Below, in pieces: positions 17,711-27,855 of a stretch of DNA of 64,000 nt; the stretch's first letter is position 1; each line of letters begins with the position of its first letter. Source of the stretch: a virus. A program made the position numbers and the translations under genes. The stretch is taken from positions 1 to 64,000 of IMG/VR virus record IMGVR_UViG_3300025030_000068; one strand, given 5' to 3'. The notes under the pieces are model-generated. The model was not told where the DNA came from. It made no database searches and worked only from the letters and a program-made list of their open reading frames with translations.

Positions 17711-18910
17711 TTAGCGGCTCAATTTGTAATGTCGGACGTGATCCTTGATGTTCTTCTCTGGCACCTTCGACAGGTCCATGCCGCCGTGGTCTCTGGCTGT
17801 GTCTCCAAGGTGACGGCCCATGCGGCTATCGAGGAAGTCGCGAGCCTTTTCGTGTGAATCGAAGTGCCCGTTCTTGACGAGGTGGTCAGCTGCGGCGGAA
17901 TAGCTTTCAGCGGCCTTGGCCTCCACCTTGCGGATAGTGGACTCCGGGGCTCGGTAGATGTCTCCGTCCTTGCCGACTTCTTCTTCAGCGTGGTGATCCT
18001 GCGCGATACCGTGGAAACCGTTGCCTTCGTTGGCGGTCTCGGTGCGGGGGGCTGCGGAGGTCTTAGCGGGCGTCTTCTTGGTCGTCTTTTTCTCTTTCTT
18101 GCCAAGATCATGTGCTGCGCCGAGTGCCGCCTCTATGCTTTTGACGTGGCCTTCCTTAAAATCGTGGCGGTCCAGTCCACGTTCTTCAAACGTGTCATGG
18201 ACAAGGAGGTGTTTCTTTGCCACCGGGAGCAGATGGTCGGTGCTCGGAGACTTCCCGCCTCCGGCTTTGTATGCGGCATGCAGGGCTTCTTTGACCCGGC
18301 TCACGTGGAGGTCTTTGAAGTCATCCCGATCGCTCTTCTTTTCCTTGAGGCTGTCGATACCGAGGTGAGCCTTGGAGGCAGAAGCAATAGCTCTCTGTCT
18401 GCTGTCGTCGTGTTCCTTGACGGTCACGCTGGTGCCGCTGGCCGTGGTGCGCTGGTAGGTCTTGACGTGGGCTTTTTCAAAGGATCTCCGACTCATAACA
18501 GCACTTCGAATTTCGCCAGTTGTTCGTCTCGATCTCTGTTCTTCGAGCCAGTCTTCGTGGTCTATCCGAGCCTGATCTGACACCGGCTTTTTCGCTGTTC
18601 GCCCTTCTTTTTTATTCAGCGCATCCGCGAACTGCTTTGCCTCCTCATTATTTTTAAACCTGTGGCCGGTTGAGCTTCCTGATCCTCCTTCTCCGACAAA
18701 CCATGCGCTGCCGTTTGGCGACTTAAAGGCTTCGTAGGGTTCTTTTGTCCGGCTGTCGTCATGCTCCGCCACCGTCGCCACTGCTCCCGACTTGGTGCGG
18801 CGGGTGTACGCCTTGACGTGGGACTTCTTGAGCAGCGCCCGGAGTTCATCTTCGGTCTCTGCTGCCGCTTTCCGTAACTCGTCGCTGCTGATGCGTGCCT
18901 TGTCTGCCAT
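17711..18910 (-). CDS. Polyprotein-like putative internal virion protein: two HVKxYxR tags, two DUF6900-like repeats and a C-terminal RDFLDSRxGRH domain
   Basis: Start at ATG 18910; LKKSHVKAYTRRTKSG..EHDDSR; FEKAHVKTYQRTTASG..EHDDSR; HLGIDSLKEKKSDRDDFKDLHVSRVKEALHAAYKAG and a second diverged copy. Confidence 0.7.
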   Translation of the reverse strand: MADKARISSDELRKAAAETEDELRALLKKSHVKAYTRRTKSGAVATVAEHDDSRTKEPYEAFKSPNGSAWFVGEGGSGSSTGHRFKNNEEAKQFADALNKKEGRTAKKPVSDQARIDHEDWLEEQRSRRTTGEIRSAVMSRRSFEKAHVKTYQRTTASGTSVTVKEHDDSRQRAIASASKAHLGIDSLKEKKSDRDDFKDLHVSRVKEALHAAYKAGGGKSPSTDHLLPVAKKHLLVHDTFEERGLDRHDFKEGHVKSIEAALGAAHDLGKKEKKTTKKTPAKTSAAPRTETANEGNGFHGIAQDHHAEEEVGKDGDIYRAPESTIRKVEAKAAESYSAAADHLVKNGHFDSHEKARDFLDSRMGRHLGDTARDHGGMDLSKVPEKNIKDHVRHYKLSR

Positions 18911-18912
18911 GT

Positions 18913-20667
18913 CTATTCTCCCACTTCGATGGTGATAAATTTCACGTCGCGAGGCTGCGACTTTTTCTTGAATTTCTTGGCCGGGATCGGTCCGATCATG
19001 TTCCCGGCGGCGTCGATTGGTAGCGACTTTTGGACATCCTCGTCTTGGCTGTCGTCCTGCTGGTCGTCGCCCGGATCGCCTTGCGGCTGACCCAGCATCT
19101 GGAAGACTGAGAGATAATTGGTAATCGGGACATCGCTCGGATAATTCCACGGGTTTGAATCATCCAGAGGATCGCCAATCGGTGCCTTGCCCTCCTCCAT
19201 CCGCGCCTCGTTCTTTGTCATCCATTTACTGACACGAGCGGTCCTTAAGTCTACTGTTAACTTCTCGTCGTCCTTCTCAATGCCGGTGACGATCAGCTTT
19301 AGGTCGTTGTAGCGGGGTTTGATGATCGCGTCCGTGAGCCAGCTGGTCATGTCCTCGATGGACGGTATCAGGCTCAACTCCTTGTTGAACTCGATCTCGT
19401 CGATCGGGCTGGCGTTACCGAGGCTGTTTCCTCCGGCACCGGAGTCCATCTGGAGGTTTAGTGTGCTCGGATGTGCGCCGTAGGCGGCTGCCTTCAGCAT
19501 GATCAGCAGCCGGACGAATTCGTTGAACAGCATATCCTTCGGCGTGTCGCGCAGCTTGTGCGCCTCGATCTTGAAGCCGTCAACGCTGCCGCTGGGGATG
19601 ACCGGCAGGCGCCAGTAATTGCCGGCGCCGTGCGTGTCGCCGATCAGCATCTGCTTGAACGCCTGCAACCCTTCCTTGTCGAAGTCGCCGGCCACCGACA
19701 GGATCGCCTCCGGGTAGTTGGTCTTGAACATCTCCCGGTTGAAGCTCCATGCAGCCATCAAAGTAGCTGTAATTTCAAGGGAAACCTCTAAACGAGAAAT
19801 TCCGTAACCAAATGTGTTGATTTCGTCGCTGGGGTTGGACAGGTGGATGCTGAGCTCGTCGGAGGTGAAGGCGTCAACGAGGAGGCCGTCGACGATCTGG
19901 ACGTAGCTGGCCTTGGTCAGGTCGAAGCCGGTTGCCGCTGACATCTGGTAGGCGGTGGCGGCATTGACGGTCTTCTTGCCGCCGTTCTTCTTGGCGTTCT
20001 TGGCGGCCCACTCCTTCATCGCCTCATCGACGTTCTTGACCGTCTCGCCCGGCAGCGCGTAGAAAGCGGCGTAGCCTTTGCCGTCGGCTCGCTTCATCCG
20101 GCGGATACACTTGCGATCTATGATCAGCTCGGTCTTGGTCAGGGAGGCGACCAGTTCCTTAATGCGGCTGTGGGGACGGACGCGGTTTGGATAGAACTGA
20201 GTGTACTTCTCCGGACACGGGTCATCGATCAGCACTTCCATTTCACGGCAGCGGTCGTCGATCTCCTTGCTCCCCTTGAACGTCGGATCGTCGTGGCGGA
20301 TGTGAACCACCTTGTACCCGACCTTCGCCGCGTCGTAGGTATGCTTCCAGATGCGTTTCATCTGGTCGACTCTGGCGCGTATCAGGATGGCATCGACGAA
20401 CGACTGCCGGGATGCCTGGTAGAGGGTGCGGAAGCCCGGCGTTCCCTGCGGCTTCTCCCTGGCGCCGTAGAGGGACATATTTTGCAGCATGTATTTGGAG
20501 AAGAGGGTGCCGCGTTTCTCCTCCTCTTCAGCTGCAATCTTGCGGGATTCTTCTGCGACCGCCTTGTTCAGCGAGTCAATGCTCCGCGAAGAGACCAGAA
20601 GTCCCGCCGGAGTCTCCATCATGCCGCCCGCGCGTGGTAGCGCTTTTTTCAGATCGTCTTTGTCCAT
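18913..20667 (-). CDS. Portal protein
   Basis: 584 aa between terminase and MuF; FGYGISRLE, LRDTPKDMLF, MTKNEARMEEGKAPI motifs of portal families. Confidence 0.85.
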   Translation of the reverse strand: MDKDDLKKALPRAGGMMETPAGLLVSSRSIDSLNKAVAEESRKIAAEEEEKRGTLFSKYMLQNMSLYGAREKPQGTPGFRTLYQASRQSFVDAILIRARVDQMKRIWKHTYDAAKVGYKVVHIRHDDPTFKGSKEIDDRCREMEVLIDDPCPEKYTQFYPNRVRPHSRIKELVASLTKTELIIDRKCIRRMKRADGKGYAAFYALPGETVKNVDEAMKEWAAKNAKKNGGKKTVNAATAYQMSAATGFDLTKASYVQIVDGLLVDAFTSDELSIHLSNPSDEINTFGYGISRLEVSLEITATLMAAWSFNREMFKTNYPEAILSVAGDFDKEGLQAFKQMLIGDTHGAGNYWRLPVIPSGSVDGFKIEAHKLRDTPKDMLFNEFVRLLIMLKAAAYGAHPSTLNLQMDSGAGGNSLGNASPIDEIEFNKELSLIPSIEDMTSWLTDAIIKPRYNDLKLIVTGIEKDDEKLTVDLRTARVSKWMTKNEARMEEGKAPIGDPLDDSNPWNYPSDVPITNYLSVFQMLGQPQGDPGDDQQDDSQDEDVQKSLPIDAAGNMIGPIPAKKFKKKSQPRDVKFITIEVGE

Positions 20668-20674
20668 GCTGACG

Positions 20675-20703
20675 ATTATCTGTTTTTCCGTTCCCTATAT
20701 CAA
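20675..20703 (-). promoter_or_regulatory. sigma70-like promoter/operator, possibly yielding a leaderless portal mRNA
   Basis: TTGATA-17-GATAAT, then 7 nt to ATG; no RBS. Confidence 0.6.
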
Positions 20704-22200
20704 TTTTTTTGCTCATCTCTTCGTCCCAAGGTCTTGATTCAACGACCTCTCCGGCGAAGGCGACTTTGTAGGCATGGATGATGCGTTGCTCTTCCGGGGT
20801 TTTGTCTTTGAGGTGGGGGAGTTCGCTGCGGAGGTAGATCGGGCGGCTGTCACAGGTCATGCGGATGGCGGCGTATTGCTCCCATCCGTCGACGACCCAG
20901 ACCTCGTCTTGCAGGTTGGCGCTGTTGATGAGGATGGCGCCGGGGAGGGTCATGCGGGTTCGATGGTTCTGGGGAGTGCTTGCCCGCAGAGGAAACAGGT
21001 CGGGGTGTTGGACTCTGGTGGATTGATATCCCCAGCGACCTGTTTCCCTCGAATAAAGGCTGGGAGCGTCTTCTTGCATGCGAAGCAATGTGTCACTCCG
21101 GGTGTCCAGCTCCTCAGCACGGCGCTTTTCATTCAGCGACTTCGATATTCGTGAAGGTGCCCGTCTTCATCTTGTCCGTAGTGCTGGCTCATGGTTTCAC
21201 TGGTCCTCTCCCTTGGCGCTGCCGGTCCCTTCGGTTGATACCCGGAGTGCCGGTCCTGCGCCATATAGGCGCTGAGGGTAGCGACTCCGCAGACGAAGCC
21301 GACGACGAATGCCAGCAGCAACATCCAGACGTTCATCCCGGACTCCCTGCCGGCATCAGCCGGGCGGCGCCGTTCAGTATGTGCATGAGGTCTTTGAGGC
21401 TGACGTCGATGTCCGGCTGCGTGCATATTTCGCCTTTTCCCGTCCAAATCTGCACGCGGCCCTCGGCCATGACGAAGGTGCTGCCGTTGACCTCGAACGT
21501 GACCTTGGCGATCTCGCTGCCGGTCATCGGCCACCTCGCGCATGCGCCAGCGAACACTGCGGGCAGTTGACTTTCTCCGGGTCCGTCGTCGTCTTGACCT
21601 TGCGCGACAGGCGGCAGAGAGTCTTGCCGTCCTTGGATGCGTAGTGCGTTGTTGCTGCCACTGGTGGCCTCCTTGATTTTTACTTCTCTTGCACCATGTC
21701 GAGTAACTGCATCATCTGGTATCGGTCTTTTCGGTTGAGCGGGACTTTCAGCGCCAGCTTCTTATGCCGGCCTGTCAGCAGTACCTGCTTCACCACCTCT
21801 TTGCCGTACTGCTTGACGTATCCGACAAATTGATCGTGATATTTTGCGACCTGCCCCCGCAGCCCATCGTGTTCTTTCGCCTTTGTCATCCTCCCGCTTC
21901 CTTTCGATTTAAGTTCCCCTCCCCCAGCGACGACCGCTGGTTGCCGGTTGCATCAAAGCAGCCTGTAGCTGTTGACCGGCAGGGAGGGATAATTGCTTTC
22001 ATTTCGTGAGCCCGCGCAGACTGGTGATCTTTCCCCGTGGCGCCGTCATGACCCGTTCGTGCGGCCTCTGCGCCTCCTTGGCTCTGGGGACCGGCGGCAG
22101 GTACTGACTCTGCATCTCTGCGACCTCTTCTGGCGACAGGGTGCGGACCGGCTCGCACGAGGGGTACTTCTTAATGTTCCCGCGTCTCAGCCAGCACATT

Positions 22201-22935
22201 TTAAAAGGCTCGCCCGTGTAGTCTTGGCCGGTCCCGGTTGGCGTCGTTCTTGTCCAGCAGCGCCGCAGCGAATTCCTGCGACCAGCCGTTGCCGCCGACG
22301 TAGGTCAGTACCCGCAAGACGACGTCAGCCAGCTCCTCGATCATCTTGGCGCGATTGCCGATGCGGGACAGGTCGACGTGCTCGATGGCCTCCCGTTGGT
22401 ATTGCCGCAGCAGGTCCATGCACTGCGCCAGCCGGACGGTCGCCAGATCGACGTGGTAGCTCTTGCTGGCAGAGACATGCTCCAGCGCTTCGGCGATCTC
22501 CGTCGCGATCAAGGTAATCTGCGTCCGGTGCAAGCCCTGGTCGAATCCCTTGGCGGCACCGATGCGGGCGGCGTCCTGCGCGAGCCCTTCGAGGACCGAT
22601 GCGGCGATCAGGCGAAAGTCTTTGTCGCTGAATGGTATCTCGACGAACTCCTTGTTTTTCGCTGCATCATCTTCGTCGTGGCAGCGATTCATCTCGTTGG
22701 CCATACTTCGGACAAGGCGGACGGTCAGCGTGTCGTTGTCGCCCGTCTTCGGGCATTCGGCTACGCACATGCCGATGATGTGGATCGCGAGCAGCTCGGC
22801 GTGGCAGCTGTCGTATCTCACCTGCAGCGCGTCGAGGCGCTCCTTGAGGAGCTGGCTGCAACTGTGGCTGCCGTCCTGCCCTGTTGGCCACGAGTATCCA
22901 CAGGTGCAACAGGTGGAGGTGGGGCGGTCGGTCAT
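22201..22935 (-). CDS. MazG-like NTP pyrophosphohydrolase domain protein
   Basis: LIATEIAEALE...EELADVVLRVL...KNDANRDRPRLHG. Confidence 0.65.
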   Translation of the reverse strand: MTDRPTSTCCTCGYSWPTGQDGSHSCSQLLKERLDALQVRYDSCHAELLAIHIIGMCVAECPKTGDNDTLTVRLVRSMANEMNRCHDEDDAAKNKEFVEIPFSDKDFRLIAASVLEGLAQDAARIGAAKGFDQGLHRTQITLIATEIAEALEHVSASKSYHVDLATVRLAQCMDLLRQYQREAIEHVDLSRIGNRAKMIEELADVVLRVLTYVGGNGWSQEFAAALLDKNDANRDRPRLHGRAF

Positions 22936-23231
22936 GGCATGATCCTTTTGCGGAAGCTGACGGCGGCGGCCTTGCCGAAGAGCACCTTGGCGGCATCCCG
23001 GAGGCGGCACCAGAAGGAGTCGTGGCCCTTTTCGAGCCGGTGGATCGCTCCGGCGAGCTGCGCCTTCTTCAGCTTGTTGTAGTTGGTGATGGCGCAGGAG
23101 CACGGCACGAAGTCGCCAGCTTTGATCGCCGTGTATCCCCGCCCAAAGCACTTGCCGCAGCCTTTCTTGGCGATGAAGGCCAAATTCGTTTTCTGCTGTT
23201 GCTCTTCGCGTTTACTCTTGGTCTCTTTCAT
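22932..23231 (-). CDS. Zn-finger hypothetical protein
   Basis: CGKCFGRG...PCSC; RBS AGGAG. Confidence 0.55.
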   Translation of the reverse strand: MKETKSKREEQQQKTNLAFIAKKGCGKCFGRGYTAIKAGDFVPCSCAITNYNKLKKAQLAGAIHRLEKGHDSFWCRLRDAAKVLFGKAAAVSFRKRIMP

Positions 23232-23259
23232 CGGTGGGCTCCTGTCGTAAGGTGGGGTG

Positions 23260-23288
23260 ATCTTAGCATGAACCGTTCCCTATACCAA
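23260..23288 (-). promoter_or_regulatory. sigma70-like promoter/operator
   Basis: TTGGTA-TAGGGAACGGTTCATGC(17)-TAAGAT, with extended -10 TG. Confidence 0.65.
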
Positions 23289-23467
23289 ACAATTTATGTG
23301 CTATTCAGTGTTTTCTTTGTCCGGGTCGTCGTAGGTCTCCGGGACGACGGCGAAGCGAAACGTCAGGCCGCATTTGAGCGCGGCGGCGGTGACTTGCTGG
23401 ATCGTAGCGTTGTCATCCTTGAGCAGTGTTCCGAGGGCGATCAGGTTGTCTCCGAGTTCGGTGTTGG

Positions 23468-24823
23468 TCATGGTTTCCTGCACTCCTTCCATCCCTGTTT
23501 CTCCGCCACTTCTTGCGGCGTCGTGTCGGCTTTGGTCATCACCGCGATGCCGCAGCATGTGCATTTATAGGCGCGGCCCGTGCCGACCTGTTGCCATTCG
23601 TGGCTGGTGTTGCTTCCTGCCGCGTTCCTTGCCTCTTCGGCGAAGTCGGCAAACGCCGTTGCCCCCCTGTGGATGTATCCGTCCAGCGAATATCGAATGC
23701 CGTCAATGTGGTGATTGAAGGCGTCCACGATGATCGGCAGGATATCGCCGGTCTTGCGATCGACCTTGTACGAGTAATGACGGAATTCATCGGCGGTATG
23801 CTTGCAGCGCGGGTGGATGATGATCTTCTTGAACGAGCGCAGGTAGGTGATGCCGTCCTCGACTGATCCGGCCCACTTCTTGGCGCCCTGAATGCGGAAC
23901 CCCTTCTTGCGGACGTGGCTAACCGTCTCAGGGCGTGACGAGTCGGCCTTGATCGGCCAGTCGCGGCTCCCTGGCACGGCATCGAACAGATCGGGGATTT
24001 CGTCAAGCTCCACTCCCACTCCTCTTGCCTCGTGGTCGACATAGAGGATGTTGTCCTTGACGAAACAGCGGTTGAGCGTGGTCGGGTCTTCGGCGAAGCC
24101 CCAATCTGTGCCGTAGAAGAACCGGGCGTCGTCCGGGGTGTCGAAGGTGTCGATGACATATTTCCCCTTGAAGATGATGGAGTCGGTCAGCGTCAGCGTT
24201 TCGCCTTCCCAGACGTTGAGGTAGGCGCCCTCTGGATCGATGGACTTGAGATGTAGGCGCTCCCGGTTCAGCGTTTCCGGGAAGTGGGGATTGTCGGACC
24301 AGTTCACTTTGACGACGATGCTGTCCGGGTGCGGCTTGACGACGAATCTTTGGTGCGTCGGCGCTTCCTCCTCCATCGGGTTATAGCTGATCCATATTTC
24401 GCTGCCGTCTTTGCGGATCGTCGGTATCAGGATGTCCCATGACTCCTTGCTGACTGATTCGGCCTCCTCGACCCAGCAGATGTCGATGCCTTCCTTCGAT
24501 TTGATCTCCTTGATGTTGTGGCGCAGTCCCTCGAACATGAACTCGGCACCGGAGCGGCTCTTGATGACGGAGCGTCCGGGCGTGAAGTCCCGGTCGAAGC
24601 CGAGCGCGGATATCTGGTCGCAGAGGAGGCGGTGGACGGAGTCGGTGATGGAGGTCTGGAATTCGCGGGCACAGAGGATGCGGACGGGGTATTGTTTGGC
24701 GATGATCAGGAGAGCGCGGGCATAGGCCCAGCTCTTGGCTCCGCCTCGGCCACCGTAATAGACCTTGTAGCGGTGCGGCTCAAAGAGGTGGACGAATTTC
24801 GGTGGGATGATGCTACTCGGCAT
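23468..24823 (-). CDS. terL: Terminase large subunit (PBSX/XtmB family)
   Basis: YGGRGGAKS Walker A, CAREFQ, WVEEAE Walker B, DWGF..DP, NHHIDGIRY nuclease motif. Confidence 0.95.
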   Translation of the reverse strand: MPSSIIPPKFVHLFEPHRYKVYYGGRGGAKSWAYARALLIIAKQYPVRILCAREFQTSITDSVHRLLCDQISALGFDRDFTPGRSVIKSRSGAEFMFEGLRHNIKEIKSKEGIDICWVEEAESVSKESWDILIPTIRKDGSEIWISYNPMEEEAPTHQRFVVKPHPDSIVVKVNWSDNPHFPETLNRERLHLKSIDPEGAYLNVWEGETLTLTDSIIFKGKYVIDTFDTPDDARFFYGTDWGFAEDPTTLNRCFVKDNILYVDHEARGVGVELDEIPDLFDAVPGSRDWPIKADSSRPETVSHVRKKGFRIQGAKKWAGSVEDGITYLRSFKKIIIHPRCKHTADEFRHYSYKVDRKTGDILPIIVDAFNHHIDGIRYSLDGYIHRGATAFADFAEEARNAAGSNTSHEWQQVGTGRAYKCTCCGIAVMTKADTTPQEVAEKQGWKECRKP

Positions 24824-25349
24824 CGGCTGTCTTCTTCATGCCGTGGTAGATGTCTTTCATGGTGAAGGTGGTCTTTTTACCGTCGGCATCGGAGACGGTT
24901 ACTTTGACGGTGCGGTCGCTCTCTTCTGTCGTGCGGCCAAACTGTTTCGGGTTGCGGCGTTCAAGGCGCCATGCGGCTGCTTGCCATGACCCGGCGCGGG
25001 CGGCTTTCGATATGTCGCTGAGGTCAATCATGTCGGCTTCGGCCATCGCTCTTTCGCAGGCGTCGGAAAAGTCTTTGAATGGTTGCTCGTTTTTCGCTCC
25101 ACGTCGCAGCCAGTCATAGAGCGTGTCCTTGTTGATTCCGGCGGCGACGGCGGCGGTCTCGACGTAGTTCCCGGCGCGGACGAACGCGAGGATCTTCGAT
25201 ACCACTTCGTCGTTATACTTTGTCGGGCGCCCGTCCTTGCTCCCCGGTTTAAGCACCTTCTTCTTGCTCGGCTTGCTTCGGGGCTTCTTGATGACGGGCT
25301 TGACCTTCTCGACTGCTGTCGCCACCTCTTTTGCCGCTGTTTTTTTCAT
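24813..25349 (-). CDS. terS: Terminase small subunit
   Basis: GRPTKY, HTH (TAAVAAGINKDTLYDW), WQAAAWRLERR; immediately upstream of terL. Confidence 0.8.
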   Translation of the reverse strand: MKKTAAKEVATAVEKVKPVIKKPRSKPSKKKVLKPGSKDGRPTKYNDEVVSKILAFVRAGNYVETAAVAAGINKDTLYDWLRRGAKNEQPFKDFSDACERAMAEADMIDLSDISKAARAGSWQAAAWRLERRNPKQFGRTTEESDRTVKVTVSDADGKKTTFTMKDIYHGMKKTADAE

Positions 25350-25428
25350 GGCTACTAAACTTTCAAAGTGTTATGCCGTGATTTCTGGCACCGCGTTTAG
25401 TCTCGCTAAACTTTTCGACCTGTTTTCT

Positions 25429-26001
25429 CTATGGAATGGTTGTGGTCGTCGCTGCCGGACGCTCGACGGGGTGTTGGATCGGTGCTCTTCCGCTACGCTC
25501 ATCGGGTGTCAGCGCCCGGACGTAGTGTTTGCACTGCATCCGGCCATTAACTTCCTCCATGCGGGCAAAGAGGTGGATTCCCATGTGGCGCTCGATGGCG
25601 GCCTTCTCCTCCGGGGTCGCGTCGAGGAGGTGGACGGTGTAGAACTTGCCGTGCGCGGTGGCCTTTGCGGGCTCTGCGGGTCCGGGCGTGAAGACTCCGG
25701 CCTCATGCCGCCCGCTGCGGATCTCCATCTCCCCTGCGAAGCGGTTCGGGGCGCCGTCGACGTAGAATTTGTGCGGCCATCCGTACTTCTGATCCGCCAT
25801 CTCCAGATGCGCTCCGGCGGCCAGCGCTTCGGCCAGCTCAGTCGGATGCATGGAGCCGCAGTAACCGCAGGTGTGGAGTGGCCGGGCGGCAGGCATCTCG
25901 GATTTGTCCTGTTTGGCGGAGCGGGGTGCGTTCCACTTTTTGAACTTGTCGTCTATGCCGTCATGGGCGACGGTGGGCGGGAGGTTTTTGTTGATGTCCA
26001 T
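25429..26001 (-). CDS. Hypothetical protein
   Basis: TCGYCGSMHP, ADQKYGWPHKFYVD; RBS AAGGAG. Confidence 0.6.
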   Translation of the reverse strand: MDINKNLPPTVAHDGIDDKFKKWNAPRSAKQDKSEMPAARPLHTCGYCGSMHPTELAEALAAGAHLEMADQKYGWPHKFYVDGAPNRFAGEMEIRSGRHEAGVFTPGPAEPAKATAHGKFYTVHLLDATPEEKAAIERHMGIHLFARMEEVNGRMQCKHYVRALTPDERSGRAPIQHPVERPAATTTTIP

Positions 26002-26349
26002 TGGGCTGGGCTCCTTTGTTAGATATTCGTCTTCTGGATGATCTCGCTGGACCAGATCGGGATGCAGAGCAGCCACCACGTTGTGCGGTAGACGACCTCG
26101 GTGTGCTTCGCGTCGTCATGCCCGGCATCCCATGTCGGTACGCTGCGGCGGAACTGTCTCACGGTCTTGCGGATCATGGCTGGCATCCTTTCCCGACATG
26201 GCCGCAGTAGCCTTTTCCGGTGAGTTCCCGCTTGATGTGGGGCTGCGCCGGGGTGGTGTACTCCTCCTGCCATGCCATGCAGTTGTCCGCTACGCAGCGG
26301 CGGTCCTGTGTGCAGCAGTGCCTCTTTCTGGCCTCGTCCGGGGTGTGGG

Positions 26350-27855
26350 TCATTTCTTCCTCGCTTTCTGCACTTCACTGAATGGCGTCATGCTTCCGTC
26401 CTGATTCATGAGTTGCGGCTCTTCTTGGCAGTATTCGAAATAGCGCTGGAGGCTGCTCTGGACGTAGGCCGTGGACAGCTCAATCCCACGATATCTGCGT
26501 CCGGTCTTGCGGCAAGCGATCAACGTTGTGCCACTGCCGTTGAAGAGATCGATGACAATCTCCCCGTACTGGCTGCTGGCATAGATGCAGCGCTCGACCA
26601 GGCGTACTGGCTTCATTGTTGGGTGGTCGGGGGACTTGTGGGGCTTGTCGATTCTGATCACTGTGGTCGGTTCCCGTAGGCGGAGTTCCTTGGCAATTTT
26701 GATCAGCTCCGGCTTGGAGAGCTTGGTGATGTCGATATCGTCGTCTATGACGGTCGTTTGCGAGAAATCGCCGCTGAAGTAGTGGGCGGCTCCTTCTTTC
26801 CAGCCGTAGAGTATCGGCTCGTGCTGCCAATTATAGTCTTGGCGGCCCAGTGCAGCAGAGTTCTTAATCCAAACAAGGCATTGCTTAATCAGTAATATGG
26901 GGGCACTATTAATTGCCTTCCTGAAAGTTGTTCCGAGGTTGGCGGTATCCGCATGTGCGACATAAAAGCAACCTCCTGGTTTCAACGCATGACTCATCGA
27001 AGTGAATGCTCCGAGCAGAAACTCCTCAAACAAAGAATCTGTCATTTTGTCATTCTTTATGCCCTGTTCATCCGTCCGTTTATGTTGACTCCTTGGCTTC
27101 GCTCGATTCTCGTTGTGCTGGACGTCCACGTTGTAAGGAGGATCAGTCCAACAAAGATCCGCCTTCTCCCCATTCATTATGCGTTCGACATCTGCGATCG
27201 ATGTGCTGTCGCCGCAAAGCAGCCGATGGTCGCCTCCGCCGAGTACCCACAAGTCCCCCAGCTTCACGAACGGTTCCTCGACGGGTTCGACGACGGCATC
27301 CTCGTCTCCAGTCGGGTCCGGCTTATTCAGCCCCAGAAGTTCGTCGATCTCTTCCTGATTAAACCCGGTGAGGTTCATGTCGTAGCCGGTCTCGACAAGC
27401 TCCTGCATGAGCTGCGCGAGGAGGTCGTCGTCGAACTCTCCGCCGTGCCGATTTGCAGCTATATTCGCCGATTTTTCCTTTTGTTCATCCCACTCAACCT
27501 CCCGGTAGTTGAAGCGACCGTCTGGAGTGTCGATGTATCCGCTGGCGACCGTTCCCGCCTTGTCCGTGACCGCTTCCTTAACGATTGGCCAGCTGGGATC
27601 GAGGTTTTTAACACGCTGATGTCCACCAACAAGTCTTCCGGTTCGGATGTTGAAAACGATAGAACCTAATTCGCCGAACTCCTTCATAGCGTCACGGAGC
27701 ATATGAAGTTTTTCCGGGGAAATCCGGCGGGGGTTGTACCCGCTGGGCCGCAAATCGCTAATAGATGTCGGCACCAGTTCTTTTGCTGCTGTTGTTAGGT
27801 TGTCTACGGTCCTATCTGCGTTTGACACCGCGCTTTTTCTTTTTTGCGTCGCCAT
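26350..27855 (-). CDS. ParB-N-terminal-domain DNA methyltransferase (N4/N6, beta class)
   Basis: YNPRRI, LVGGHQR (ParB); HRLLCGDS, TDPPYNV, HPTMKP, DLFNGSGTT. Confidence 0.92.
   Translation of the reverse strand: MATQKRKSAVSNADRTVDNLTTAAKELVPTSISDLRPSGYNPRRISPEKLHMLRDAMKEFGELGSIVFNIRTGRLVGGHQRVKNLDPSWPIVKEAVTDKAGTVASGYIDTPDGRFNYREVEWDEQKEKSANIAANRHGGEFDDDLLAQLMQELVETGYDMNLTGFNQEEIDELLGLNKPDPTGDEDAVVEPVEEPFVKLGDLWVLGGGDHRLLCGDSTSIADVERIMNGEKADLCWTDPPYNVDVQHNENRAKPRSQHKRTDEQGIKNDKMTDSLFEEFLLGAFTSMSHALKPGGCFYVAHADTANLGTTFRKAINSAPILLIKQCLVWIKNSAALGRQDYNWQHEPILYGWKEGAAHYFSGDFSQTTVIDDDIDITKLSKPELIKIAKELRLREPTTVIRIDKPHKSPDHPTMKPVRLVERCIYASSQYGEIVIDLFNGSGTTLIACRKTGRRYRGIELSTAYVQSSLQRYFEYCQEEPQLMNQDGSMTPFSEVQKARKK

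Noticed and set aside
18911-19150. N-terminal extension of the 479-aa ORF
   Set aside because: Overlaps the portal C-terminus; ATG 18910 just after the portal stop is the more plausible start.
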